Assembly: GCA_013239625.1 (NCBI GenBank)
Contig: MU053216.1
Coordinates: 868,001-932,000, forward strand
From: Lama guanicoe
Taxonomy: Eukaryota
DNA: 64,000 bases
Reading direction: 5' to 3'
This document shows positions 11,961 through 22,960 of this stretch, one piece after another (within the stretch, counting starts at the first letter, position 1; each line of letters opens with the position of its first letter). The notes below the pieces were generated by a model. The model saw nothing but the letters and a program-made list of their open reading frames with translations, was not told the origin of the DNA and searched no databases. Made by a program: the position numbers and the translations under genes.

Positions 11961-12554
11961 TGGGCATTAGTGAGTCGAATAGATGGTTGGCACAGCGTCT
12001 GTGTCCCTCTCGCATCCTACCCAGACTTCCCGCCAGCACGTCTGTCACCCATTCTAGTCCAAATGACATAAGCACTGCCACCAGAATGTTTCCCTCTGAC
12101 CTAAATGTCTGTGCTCTTGTTTGAGTTTCAATGGGACAGCCAGTTCACATGGGGCTGGGGTCGGAGGGCACGCAGTTAGACATGGTTCCGAAGTAAAGCA
12201 CAGGAGGGCTCCTTTCTCGGAGGCCCCTGTGACGGTGAGGTGCCCCGGGGGGTGGGCAGAGGACGGCTCAGGTGCGACCACTCACTGGGTGGACAAAATG
12301 ACCTTCGGGGCTGGACGGCACAGACAGATCCCTGCGCTGCAGGCACCTGGACCACGGGCAGGCTTCCCTCCCCTGCCTGCCGCGTACGTTCCTCCGCCCG
12401 GGAAACCCTGACCAGCTCCTCCCACGGCCAATCCCAGCTTGGGCCCCTCACTTCTGCTCGGAGGCCCAGTCTGGACCCTGGAGGCGGAACCACCTCTGAT
12501 GCCACTGAACTGCCCCATCCCTCAGACAAACCCCACAAACAGTGACCTTGCTCA

Positions 12555-12678
12555 CTCACACCCACCCACAGACATACACAGATATATGCACATATGCTCC
12601 ACCCACAAGTACCCCCACATACACGTACCCCCACACTCATGTCCACACTTGGTCAGATGTACACACACACACACACAC
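12555..12678. repeat. CA-rich low-complexity tract ending in a (CA)n microsatellite
   Basis: cacacccacccacagacatacac...acacacacacacacacac. Confidence 0.8.
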
Positions 12679-15600
12679 CCCGGCCTCCGGCTCTGCCCCC
12701 TGCCCCTGTCACTTGCGTCCCTTCCCTGCGGCCCATTTGCCGTCCAGCCCAGAGGTGAGGATGCACTCTGTCCTCCATCCCTGTCCAGCTTGGGGCTCCC
12801 GATCTCCAGCAGGGCTCACAGGAGTTCCCTGGAAAAGTGGGTCCTGACACCCCACTATGTGCGCACAACTTCCTCCCCACCGTGTGGGCCCCCCCGTCTT
12901 GTTCAGCCCACATGGGCTGCGGACGAGGAGGAAAGGCAGTGGAGCGTCCCTGTGACGGGGAGGGAACTAGCGCCAAGCCATGGCGGGAGGACAGCAGGGC
13001 TGGGGCGCCCCCTGGTCCGGTGCTCGCCCCCACACCCCACGCCCCTCCTCCACGTAGGACCCAAGATGGGCACCGTAGCGGGGTGGGTCCCAGGTGAAGG
13101 ACAGGCCTCAGCAGCCGCTTACTGTGTGTCTGTCTTGTCCAGCTCTAACCTCTGCCCATCTCTCAGGACAGAGAGGAAGGAGGGCCTGAGGTGTGGGTGG
13201 GCAGAGGGGCCGCGGTAGAAGGGGGCTGAGGCCAGCCCCCAGCCCCGCTCTTGGCCTGCAGACCTAGACTTGGGCTCCAGCAAACCAGCGAGGGGCCATT
13301 CTGCTGCACCCGGTCCTCAGCAGAGACAGCGATCACCCCAGGCAGCGTGGGGAGGACAGGGCAGGCAGCCAGTGGTGGTGTCACTTCCATGGGCTCGGGC
13401 AGACCAGGCAGGGCACCGGCAGGAAGCAGAGGCGGCGGGTCTGCGGGCTGGGACTTGGCAGAGGACAGGGTGCGGGCTCAGCACACCCCGCACCCGCCTG
13501 GCTGGCTCCTGGCTCAGTGAGACTCGGACTGTCCCCAGCGAGCGGAGGGGGTTCATCAGTCTCCTCCCCAGGGCCCGGGGCTCTGCCTGCACCCTCAGGA
13601 ACTCCTTCAGCCTTACAATTGCAGGATGGGCTTCTTTCAGGCCAGACGGCAACATGTTCTCACAGGGGAAAACTGGGTCCAACTGTGATCACGTCAGGTG
13701 ACGTTAAATCGGTGGGCTTCCCGGCACTTACCGTGAGTGACGGAGCTGGTGCCGAGACCCCGCCGCGCTCAGGCCCCGCCCCCTCCCCGGGTCAGCTTCC
13801 AGGCGTCCCCAGACCTGGCTCTCTCGGAGCAACCTCACCTCTCTGCTTCCCAGAGCGTCCCCACCCCGCGCCCATCCCGGAGTCCAGGCTGACAGGCGGG
13901 ACAGAGGAATAGCTCAAACAGCCTACACAGAAGAGGGGCTCGCAGCCCCCCAGCACCTCTCCCAGAATCTCTCGCCCGTCTCTCTGGGCTGGAAGTTCTT
14001 GCCAGCGTCTGACCTCCACTCTTCCTGCAGAGTCAGGTTGACTCCCTGGTCCTCCACTGGGAGGCTGCCTCTCTGGCCTCCGAGAGGGAAGCACATCTGG
14101 GCCCGGGAGGGCATCGTTCTGCGTGCAGCTGTGTCAGCTTTTCACTGATCTGATCACATAAATGGCTTCGCTGCCAGGATCCTGGGTTCCTTTCCAGTTA
14201 GCTAAGAACGATGATTTCATACTAATGAAAATCAGTGATTCAAAACTGCCCACCAATCACAGGGGCTGGAGTTCTCCGTCACAAGTGCCTCCCAGGAAGC
14301 TGAGCTGGCCTGGGAAGCACATGGAGCACACGGAAGCCTCTCTGCTCCGGGCCCCCTGCCCCAGGGGCTCCCGGCAGAGGTGTGCCCCGCTGTAAGGCCG
14401 GTGAGAGCTTGCCGTTTCAGATCCCGAGGGTGTCAATGCCCAGGCCCCCGGGAGGAGCCCTGAGACAGGCCAGGTCGCACCCTGTCTCTCTCTCTCTGGC
14501 TCCTGTTTCTCCCTCCAGGCCAGTCGCTAGAGGTCTGGCTTCTAAGCAACAGCGGAGCCGCCAGGCGGCCCCGGGGCCCTGGAGCGACAAGTCTGGGAGA
14601 GCAGAAGTCAGTGGAGCCGGGGGCGGGCTGGGGCGGGGTGCTCAGGGCAGACAGGGAACCTGGAGCCATGTCGCCCCCAGGCAGCGAGCCAGACCACCCA
14701 GGCCCCACTTGCCCCGGTAGCTCCATCTTCCTCACACCCACTTCCTCCTTCCTCTCCCTCAGCTCCAAGGCCCCCTTGTTCTTCCAGGGGTGGCTTTTCC
14801 AGGAGGTGTCCCTCAACAAGCCCCCACACTATTGCCAGGCCCCGAAGTCCAGGATCACTGGGCTGGGGGAGGAGGGACGTGGGGGGCTCTTGACGGCTCT
14901 GGAAGCCCTTCACCCAGAGGCCCTGCCCCTTGCAGAGAGTGGGACACCGCCTCCTGGCATTGGAGGGGCTGGACTGCACACCCATCAGTGAGCCGGCCGG
15001 TGAGGGGCGATCAGGTGGCTTTGGGCTGCTTCCCCGAGCTGACCTCGGGGGCTGTGAAGGATGGAGATGGGGAGAGGGGTGTGCGGGGCAGAGGGCGGCA
15101 GCCCAGGCGTCAGAAACCCCACCTGGACTCCACTGCTAAGTGTCTCCCTGACTTGCTCAGTCTCTAGGCCTCAGTGTTACCGCCTGGAAAGTGGGGCAGG
15201 CAACTCGGGAGTGACAGCAGAGTCCAGTCCAGTGGCCACTCTCACGCCAGACCAGCAGAGGGTCATCGGTGGCCCGTGTGCAAAGTTGGGTTCTCGGTCC
15301 CACTGGCTCCACCGGCCTCCCTCCGAGCCAAGCTAACCCGTGCTGGGGCCCTGTCCCCCAGTACCCGCCGCCATGCTGGGGCCACTCTTGTGGGAGGCAC
15401 GCATGGAGGGGTGGCCAGCCCTGGCTGCTGCCCGAGACCGGGTACCAGGCTGCAGGAAGAGCTGCCCTCCCCCAGCAGACCCTGATCTCAGAGGGTGGGT
15501 CCCAAGGCTCAGAGTTCGCCAGGGGGCTGACGGGCAAGCTTGTGGGAGACCCACGTCAACTGGGGGGGCCCGGGGGCAGCTGTCCCTGCCCTGCCCACCC

Positions 15601-15966
15601 CGGGGTCCCACTTGTTACTGTGTCGTTACGGCACAGGGGCTCTGGGCAGGGTCCCCTCCGCCTGGAAGACTCACTCAGGAATTGGACTAGAGCTGCCCAA
15701 CCAGCGGAGATGACGCTCCCGGGCCACCCCAGGGCGACACGTGGGTGTTTGCACACCTAGACCCAAACCCCTCAGCCACGCAGATCCCCACCTGCCCTGA
15801 GCGACAGCGTTAACTTCTGGTAACTTCTGTTCAGAGTCTGGTTCTGCTGTTTATAAACGCTGTGCATTTGGAAAAGTGACGCGAGTGCTCCAAGTTTGGT
15901 TGTTTCATCTGAGAGACGAGGACACCGGCATCGCTGAGTTGCTATAAAATGACATGAGACGAGGTG

Positions 15967-16303
15967 TGTCTCGGTCCAGCCGGACCTGCTCTGACAGAGC
16001 CTCCCAGATGGCTGGCGGTGTGCAACCCACAGGGCGTGACTTCGCAGATTTCTGGGGGCTGGACGTTCAAGGCCACGGTGCCGGCAGACTCGGTGTCTGG
16101 CGAGAACCGGCGCCTGGCTCACAGACGGCGTCACCTCCGTGTCCGCACGTGGAGGACGGGGGAGGGAGCTCTTAGGGTCTCTTCTTGAGGGCACAGACCT
16201 CACTCACATCCCAGTCACACACCAAAGACCCCCACCCCCTCACCTTGGGGGTCAGGCTTTCAACACAAGAGTTCTGTAGGGCATGGATACTCCATCTAAC
16301 GCA
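15967..16303 (-). mobile_element. MLT1A-like (ERVL-MaLR) solo LTR
   Basis: ttctgggggctggacgttcaaggccacggtgccggcagactcggtgtctggcgag...tcaacacaagagtt follows the reverse MLT1A consensus end to end. Confidence 0.8.
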
Positions 16304-16349
16304 GTGCGGAAAATGCTTAGCATGGGAGCCTGTGAGACGTGCTAAATAA

Positions 16350-16600
16350 GGTTGTTCTTACAGTAAAAGTCACGTGCACATTAGAAAAAACTTGAAAAGA
16401 ATCTACAAAAATATAAAGAAGAAAAAGTCAACCCCCACACACCTCCTGACCAGCACTCAGCCTTTTTAAGGGTTTTCATTTCTTCCGTTCACTCACACAC
16501 ATCATAAAACTGTGACTATGCTAGACATGCGTTTTATGTCTTTTCATTTACTACATACTAAGCATTTTTACTTTTCACTTAAAAATCTTCGGAAGCTTTT
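16350..16600 (-). mobile_element. L1ME-like 3' end fragment
   Basis: AT-rich aaaagtcacgtgcacattagaaaaaacttgaaaa...aaagaagaaaaagtcaaccc resembles the reverse L1ME tail. Confidence 0.5.
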
Positions 16601-18669
16601 TCAACACCACCCTTGTTGACGGATGATGAACTATCACGTCAAGACAGCCTGCAAACCCCAGTCACCCCGCCCTCACCAGCCCTTTAGGTTGTTTCCAGCT
16701 TCCTGCCGCTTGGCATAAGCCCCACCCACTGAGCCTCAGGCCACCTCCGCGGGCTCCAACTTTGAAGGGGGATCGCAGGGTCCGAGGTGGGGAACCAGAG
16801 GCTCTCAGTCGCTCACTGCAGACTGCCCTTCCAGAAGCTGCACTCAGCGCGTTCCCCCTAACAGCGTCTGACCCCTGTGCTCTTCTCAGCAAACACCACC
16901 TCGCGGGGACGGGCCGTCTCGGCAGGGGGCCCGGGCCTCCTTTGGGCCACATGCGCCAAGAGCTTTAACGACCTTCTCGAGTAGTCAGGCCAGCAGGAAG
17001 CAAAGCTGGAGGCAGAAGTGTGTGGGGCAGCCCCGCGGTGGCGCACCCCCCCCACCCCCGACCCACCTCCCACTGAGCCCAGAGAAGCCAAGTGGGCCGC
17101 CCCATCTGGGGCTTTAAGCTGGAGGCTGGAAGGGACTTCCCTTCTGGGGAGGGCACTAAATGCTGGCACTGCAGCCCGCCTAGTCCTGACGAGGGGTTTG
17201 GAAGGCAGGGGGTGCTGGGGGTCAGGCCACGGCAGCACGGCAGAGGCCCCAGGCCCTCGGACAGCCTGAAGCACATGCCAGAGGCGCAGTGCAGGGGGAA
17301 TGGGACAGTGGGGCGGGGTTGCGGAGGTCCTCCAAGTGCCAGGCGCTGGGCTGGAGGGGTCTTCCACACGCCATCCACCTTGCAGTGCCCCCTGGGGAGG
17401 AGGTTTTGCCTATGAACACCTTGCCTTCCTAAGGGTCCTGGCCCCTGGCTGGCCCCCAGCCACAGGTCCAGGGGGACCTGCCGTCCTAGGTGGGCGGGAG
17501 CCCCTGACAGGCCCTCAAGGATTGTGGCTGGAAGAGCAGGGGCCCCCAGCCCGGACCCTGGGGTCCCAGTGTTTCCTCCCCTCCTTTCTCTACAAGCCTC
17601 CTCAGGCCTTCGGAACAGGAAGGCAAAGGGGAGGGAGGCGGCTGCAGGGAGACCAGCCATCCCTGGGGCTGGGCCGGCCTGGAGAGTCTCACCCGCTCAC
17701 CCACCCACCACCCCGGGGCCAGAGCTGGTATGGTCTGAAGCCTTGTTTAGGCACCCCTGCCCCCACCTTTCCTTGGCCTTAGCCAGTCCCTAAGTGCTCT
17801 TACTCCAGGCCTGGCCCTGTTCAGACCCCCCCCCATGTGCTCCTGAAAACCCCCTCCACGACATCACTCAAGCAGCCACGGAAAAATCCACCCTCATCCA
17901 GCTGCCTTCAGGAAGTGCCCTGCAGAGCTGATCTCGGCCCACCCCACTATGTCTAAACAAGATGCCTGTCGCTCTCATCCTGGGCCCTCGAACGCATGTC
18001 CCCGAGGAGCCTCTCCATCCTTCGTGCAGACCACCAGCCTCGTGACTTGTCATCCCCTGGCTATTTGTGACATCCTCAGGCTATTTGTGACACCCCCTAG
18101 GGACCCTGAGAACAAGCAAAACCACCCGAATGTCCTGGAACACAGGGTCTCACCGCCTCCTCCTACCACCATCTAACTTTTTTTTCCCTCTCTCTTTTGG
18201 CAATACTTGTCGTCAAGGAGATTCTAACACAATGGGGCAGGTAGGAAGCCTGTTGCTTGGCAACGAGATGCTGGAGGAACAGGATTGGCTGCTGAGGTCT
18301 GAAGGAGCCGCAAGGATGATGAGGGAAGGTGGGAGAGTCGAGAAAAGCCCTGGAGGGAGGACCAAGGCACAGGAGTAGCAGACAGGACTCGGTAAAAGAG
18401 GAAAAGCGGGAACATGCAGCGTGCCCGAGGCTGGGTCGCCCGGTGTGTTTGCCAGGATGCGCTCAGTGAAAACAAGGCAAAATACACACACAGGAATGAA
18501 TTTTCATAGCTGTGTTTACAATGCAGCAGGATGGATGGAGACTTAGATAAAAAGAAGGTCCTGAGTACCAGAGCACGGGAGCCCCGCCCGGTGAACGAGC
18601 AGGGCTTGAGGGCGAAATGTGGGTGTGACGCTCCACTCTGCCCATTCCTTCAGGGGTGACACCCTCACA

Positions 18670-18830
18670 TGACAGCCCCTTGGCCTCAGTTTTCCCATCT
18701 GTAAAATGGAAACAGCAACATGCACCTCCCAGAGCTGCCGCGAGAGTACATGGGGTGAAGTGATGCGTGCCGACCACATGGAGCGGGCGCTCGGGAAGGG
18801 GCCCACCACGTGGTCACTGTGCTGGCCGTT
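18670..18830 (+). mobile_element. MIR SINE
   Basis: ggcctcagttttcccatctgtaaaatgg core. Confidence 0.75.
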
Positions 18831-20629
18831 GTCATCTTAGTCACTGTCATTGCGACCTGAATGGAAAGGCTGTGTGGGGGTGGTGCCCAGTGCCCTCCAG
18901 GCCCCCCTGTCTGAGACCTGGGCAGATGCCAGCCTCTCCAGGTCTCAGCTCTCAGTGAAATGGGGAAAGACTCTCCCTCAGGGCGCCATCAGGAGGAGCA
19001 GATTCAGTGTGTCCTGAGCATACAGGGATGCCCTAAAGGTGAGGGCACCCTCTTCTACCTCTGCTCCTGGGTCTGCCCTCCAGGGTGGAGACCAAGGCCC
19101 TGGGCTGGGACCACTTCAGTCTTCCTTCAAGGGCGGGCTGGGCTCAGTGGTGCCAGATGCCCTTCCCAGCACCCAAGTCGCATGTGAGACACACAGGAGA
19201 CAGAGCAAAGGCACAAATTCCAGGCTGACTGCTAAGAAGTGAGTGTTGTCAGAACAATGGCTTCTGTCGCCAGAGGCAGGGTAGCCTCACAGCAGTTACC
19301 GGTGAGGACAGACGCCACAGCAAGGCAGTGGTCCCAGCCTGGGACTCTGTCAGGACTGTCATACAAGTGTCCCCAAGTCACAGAGGAGGAGCTCAAGGGG
19401 CAGGGCCGGCTGGGCTGCCCTGGGCCGCTGCGGCCTTGGCACACGACGGGCTGCCTCCCAGGAAGGCACACCGGGAACTCCTCTGGGCCCACGACGTCCT
19501 GGGAACGATGCTCGATGTCTAGCCTAAACCCCTCCTGCTGTGATTTTTAGCTCACTCCTGCTGGTCCTGTCCTCAGAGAGCAATCCAACCGGCTGCGCAC
19601 GGAGCTGTCTCAGCAGCTCTGAGTTTCACGCCAGGACCCGGGAGGCAGGCAGACCAGTGACTCACAGACGCTGAATTCAGCCGTCTCACTGTGTACAGCT
19701 CTTCCCAGCCCGAGCCTTCACACCCGAAATCCCTCTGTGGCTTTGAAGCTGACTTTTCCAGTCACCCCACAGGCATCAGAGGGAGCTGGGACCGATTCTG
19801 CCTGGCCTGAGCCAGGCTGGTGGGATGGGGCCGTGAGTGTGCGCCAGCAGCCTGGGGGATGGCAGGAGTGTGAGGAGAGGCCCCCACGTGGTCCTCCTGG
19901 GGCCCCTTTCTCCGGGACACAGTGGCGGGGGCTCAACCTTTGACTCGGGGTTTTCATTTCGGACCCTTGAAAGGTGGACGTTCGCAAGCCTCCCTCAGAG
20001 GGGGAGGGGGTGAGACCCACGTGATGAGCTCACGTCACCTTCAGGCGCCCCAGGGCGGGGCAGTCGGTACCGAGCTGGGCGGGGCCCAGGCGCTGGGCGG
20101 GCGTGGGGACCCCACTGCGGCTGCCAGGAGTGGTGGAGAGGGGTGTGGGCGGGGCCTCCCACTTCCGCTTCCCGCCGACCTGTCTTGAGTCTTGGCTCTC
20201 CGTGGGAGCTTGTTTAAAGAGCATGTTTCCCAGCTAAGGAACAGCTTGAAGCCCTCCTCCCTCCAGCTGAACCACCCCTGGGGCTGGATGGGGATCAGTG
20301 ACCAGCAGGGCGTTGGTTGGTCTTTCTCGGACCAGAAGCCAGGAGGGGAGCCCCCGGGGGGTCTGAGAGCTTGGAAGCAGGTTTACTGACTCACTGTTGC
20401 AGCGGCTCCAGGAGGGGGCAAACCTGGGGGACGCAGGAAACGACCCGACTCCAGGCAGGGGCTCCGTGGGAGCCGCGGGGCGCTTCTCTCAGGAAGGCCG
20501 GGCCCAGAGCTCTGCCTCAGGAGGGCTCTCCCGCCCGGACTGCGGGATCAGGCGCTGAAGCGGGGCAGCCTCACTCTCAAGGTTCCTGGCCCGTCGTTGT
20601 CCACTTTTTGTCCCTCCCTCCACCTTGAA

Positions 20630-20860
20630 AAGTAAGGTTTCTATTCCGAAGTCATCTTAGGTTCACAGAAAGGTTGCAGCGGGAGCCCCGGGCCCCCACT
20701 CGCCCCTCGTCCAGCTGCGCCCCTCGCCGGGGTTTTACACAACCGGGTACGCCTGTCAAGGCGAGGAACTTGACCTCCGAGGCGCTCCGGCAACTGCAGG
20801 CTTCACCAGAGTCACCGGTTTCTCCAGCGATGTCCTCTCTCTGTTCCACGACCCCCACCG
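20630..20860 (-). mobile_element. L1MC-like 3' end fragment, strongly GC-drifted
   Basis: ttaggttcacagaaaggttgca...tcaccggtttctccagcgatgtcctctctctgttcca is collinear with the reverse L1MC 3' end. Confidence 0.6.
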
Positions 20861-22569
20861 CAGTGAGCTTCCCTCATCTTCTAGAATCTAAGTTTCCTTT
20901 TGCAAACTCCAGCCGGCCTGTACGCGCGCCGGGGGACAGAGAGGAGGCGTCTGGGCTGCTGTCACGCGGGGGCGGGGCGGGGCGGCTCTGGGAGGAACAC
21001 GGGGCGGGGCTTGCGCAGGGCCCGCCCTCCACCTGAGGCGCTCCTTCCTGGAGACTTCCCTGCGCTGTGTGGCTGGTACTGAGGCTCTTAGGGGAGGCGG
21101 GGGTCTCTGCCCCAAGAGCTGCAGGAGTGAGGTGGGCAGTCACATTCGAGCTGCGCTGCTCCAGCCCCCCACCCCTCCCAGGCACCCAGCCTGGCCGGAG
21201 CGCCCCCCACCCCCAGTTCAGAGCCCAGGGTCTGGCCTGTGACTGCAGAACTCAGCCTCCGTCTCTGAGCACAGAGGTTTGGTGACGAACAGCAGAGGGG
21301 AGTCGAGAGGGCCTGCGTCTCAGCAGAACTGCTTCCAAACAAGGTGTTATTTTTCCCTCTCAAGCTCTCCCTGGAGATGTTCGCGGCACTTAAAAACCAC
21401 CAACTCTCTCTCCCAGTTTACGCCACAGACACCTTCCCCTCCTCCCTCTGTCCCTTACCCTGTCTCTCTTATGGCAATTACACAATGGCGCTGAATAAGA
21501 ATAAGAGCAGGTGCTCAGAAGCCCTCCTGACAGTCCCCCTGCTTGTAGAGGGGCTCACGGGAAAGGCCGTGGTTTCTAGAAGCGTGGATTTGTGGAGGGA
21601 CGCTCCAGAGAGCTGAGCATCAGAGCAGAGTCTAAGTCTGGGATTTGGGGTGGGGGCTGGCGCCATGAGGCAGAGCTGCCAGAAAACCCACTCTCCTATT
21701 GCAGCCACGGGTCAGGGCCTCACGAAGCCCCCACCCAACTCGTTTTGTGCTCTGTGGCCTATGAGGGGGTGCAGGGAACTGGAGGGGGCTACAGAGCGGG
21801 GGCCAGCCAGCGAGAGGTGAATGGATGGGGTGCTTGTCCCAGACTGCAGGTCGGGGGCACTGGCTAACGGGCTCTGCAGACATAAAGCCTTTGTTCCTAG
21901 TTCCCACTGAAAACAGGGCCTTGGGAAAGGCGTCCCCTGTCAGTCAGGAAGATCGGGGCTGGATGCATGGAAATGGCTGGCGAGGGACCGGGAAGCACTG
22001 TGACACGCGATCCACGCGGAGTGCGACCTCACGGCCCAGAAGACCCTGCTCTGCACCCCTGCCCCGGGGAAGAGAGGCTGGGAGCAGCCAGCAGATCTGC
22101 CATGGTCTCCTCGACGCTGAGTGGGGCCAGCGGCAGCCCTGAGCCCGGAGAGGCTCCAGCAGCACTTCCTGAGGGGCAGGGCCTCCTGGTTCTGGTGCTC
22201 AAGCTGAGGTGTCTGTCACCCATCCAGAGGAAGGCAATGGGGCACGATGACCCCCGGGGGCTCTACCAGCTCCAAGGTCAGCCACAGAGAGAGACAGCCC
22301 CTCCTCCCGTCCACCCCAAGCCGGAGGCTCCAAAAGTGGCTGGAGTCCTAACGGGGCCTCTACCAGTCACGAAAGCACGGTCAGCAGGACGCCTGCGCCC
22401 TTGGCTCTGTCTACCGGGGGGAAGGCACTCGACACATCATGAACTTGAGGTTCGGAGAGAGCGAGAGCTGTCCGAGGTCACAGAGCTACAGCTGGCTGGA
22501 AGCCAGGTCCCCAGTTCCAGGCCAAGGGCATCTGGTTGGACTGTGGTCCCGCCGCTCTTTCCTGACCCG

Positions 22570-22960
22570 GCACCCTCCTGCCCCTGCCCTAATTCAGGCC
22601 CTTTTATTTCTCACCAGGACAGATGCCTGGTTCTCCTGCCCCACGCCGGCTGGTCTACTCACACCATTTCCCGACTGAGGCCAGAGGACCTGGCCAAACC
22701 GTGGGTCTCACCACGGCTTTCCCTCATCATGAAACCCTGCTTCCTGGGGGCCTCCGAGTCCTCCCTCGGCTTGACCCCTCCCATCTCCCAGCCTCGCCTC
22801 CCAGCCCTCCCTGCCTTCCTTCACCCTCAAGTCTTACTGAGTAGCTGCCACCCACACACCATGTGGCTTCAAGCCTTCCTCTGGCTAACTTCTCTTCACC
22901 CCTCCTGTTCAGCTCGGACGTCGTCCCCTCCAGGAGGCACCTGACCCCCCACCGCACTGT
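22570..22960 (+). mobile_element. L2 LINE fragment
   Basis: Pyrimidine-rich cctgccctaattcaggccctt...tctcacc...ttcagctcggacgtcgtcccctccaggaggc resembles the L2 3' region. Confidence 0.4.
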
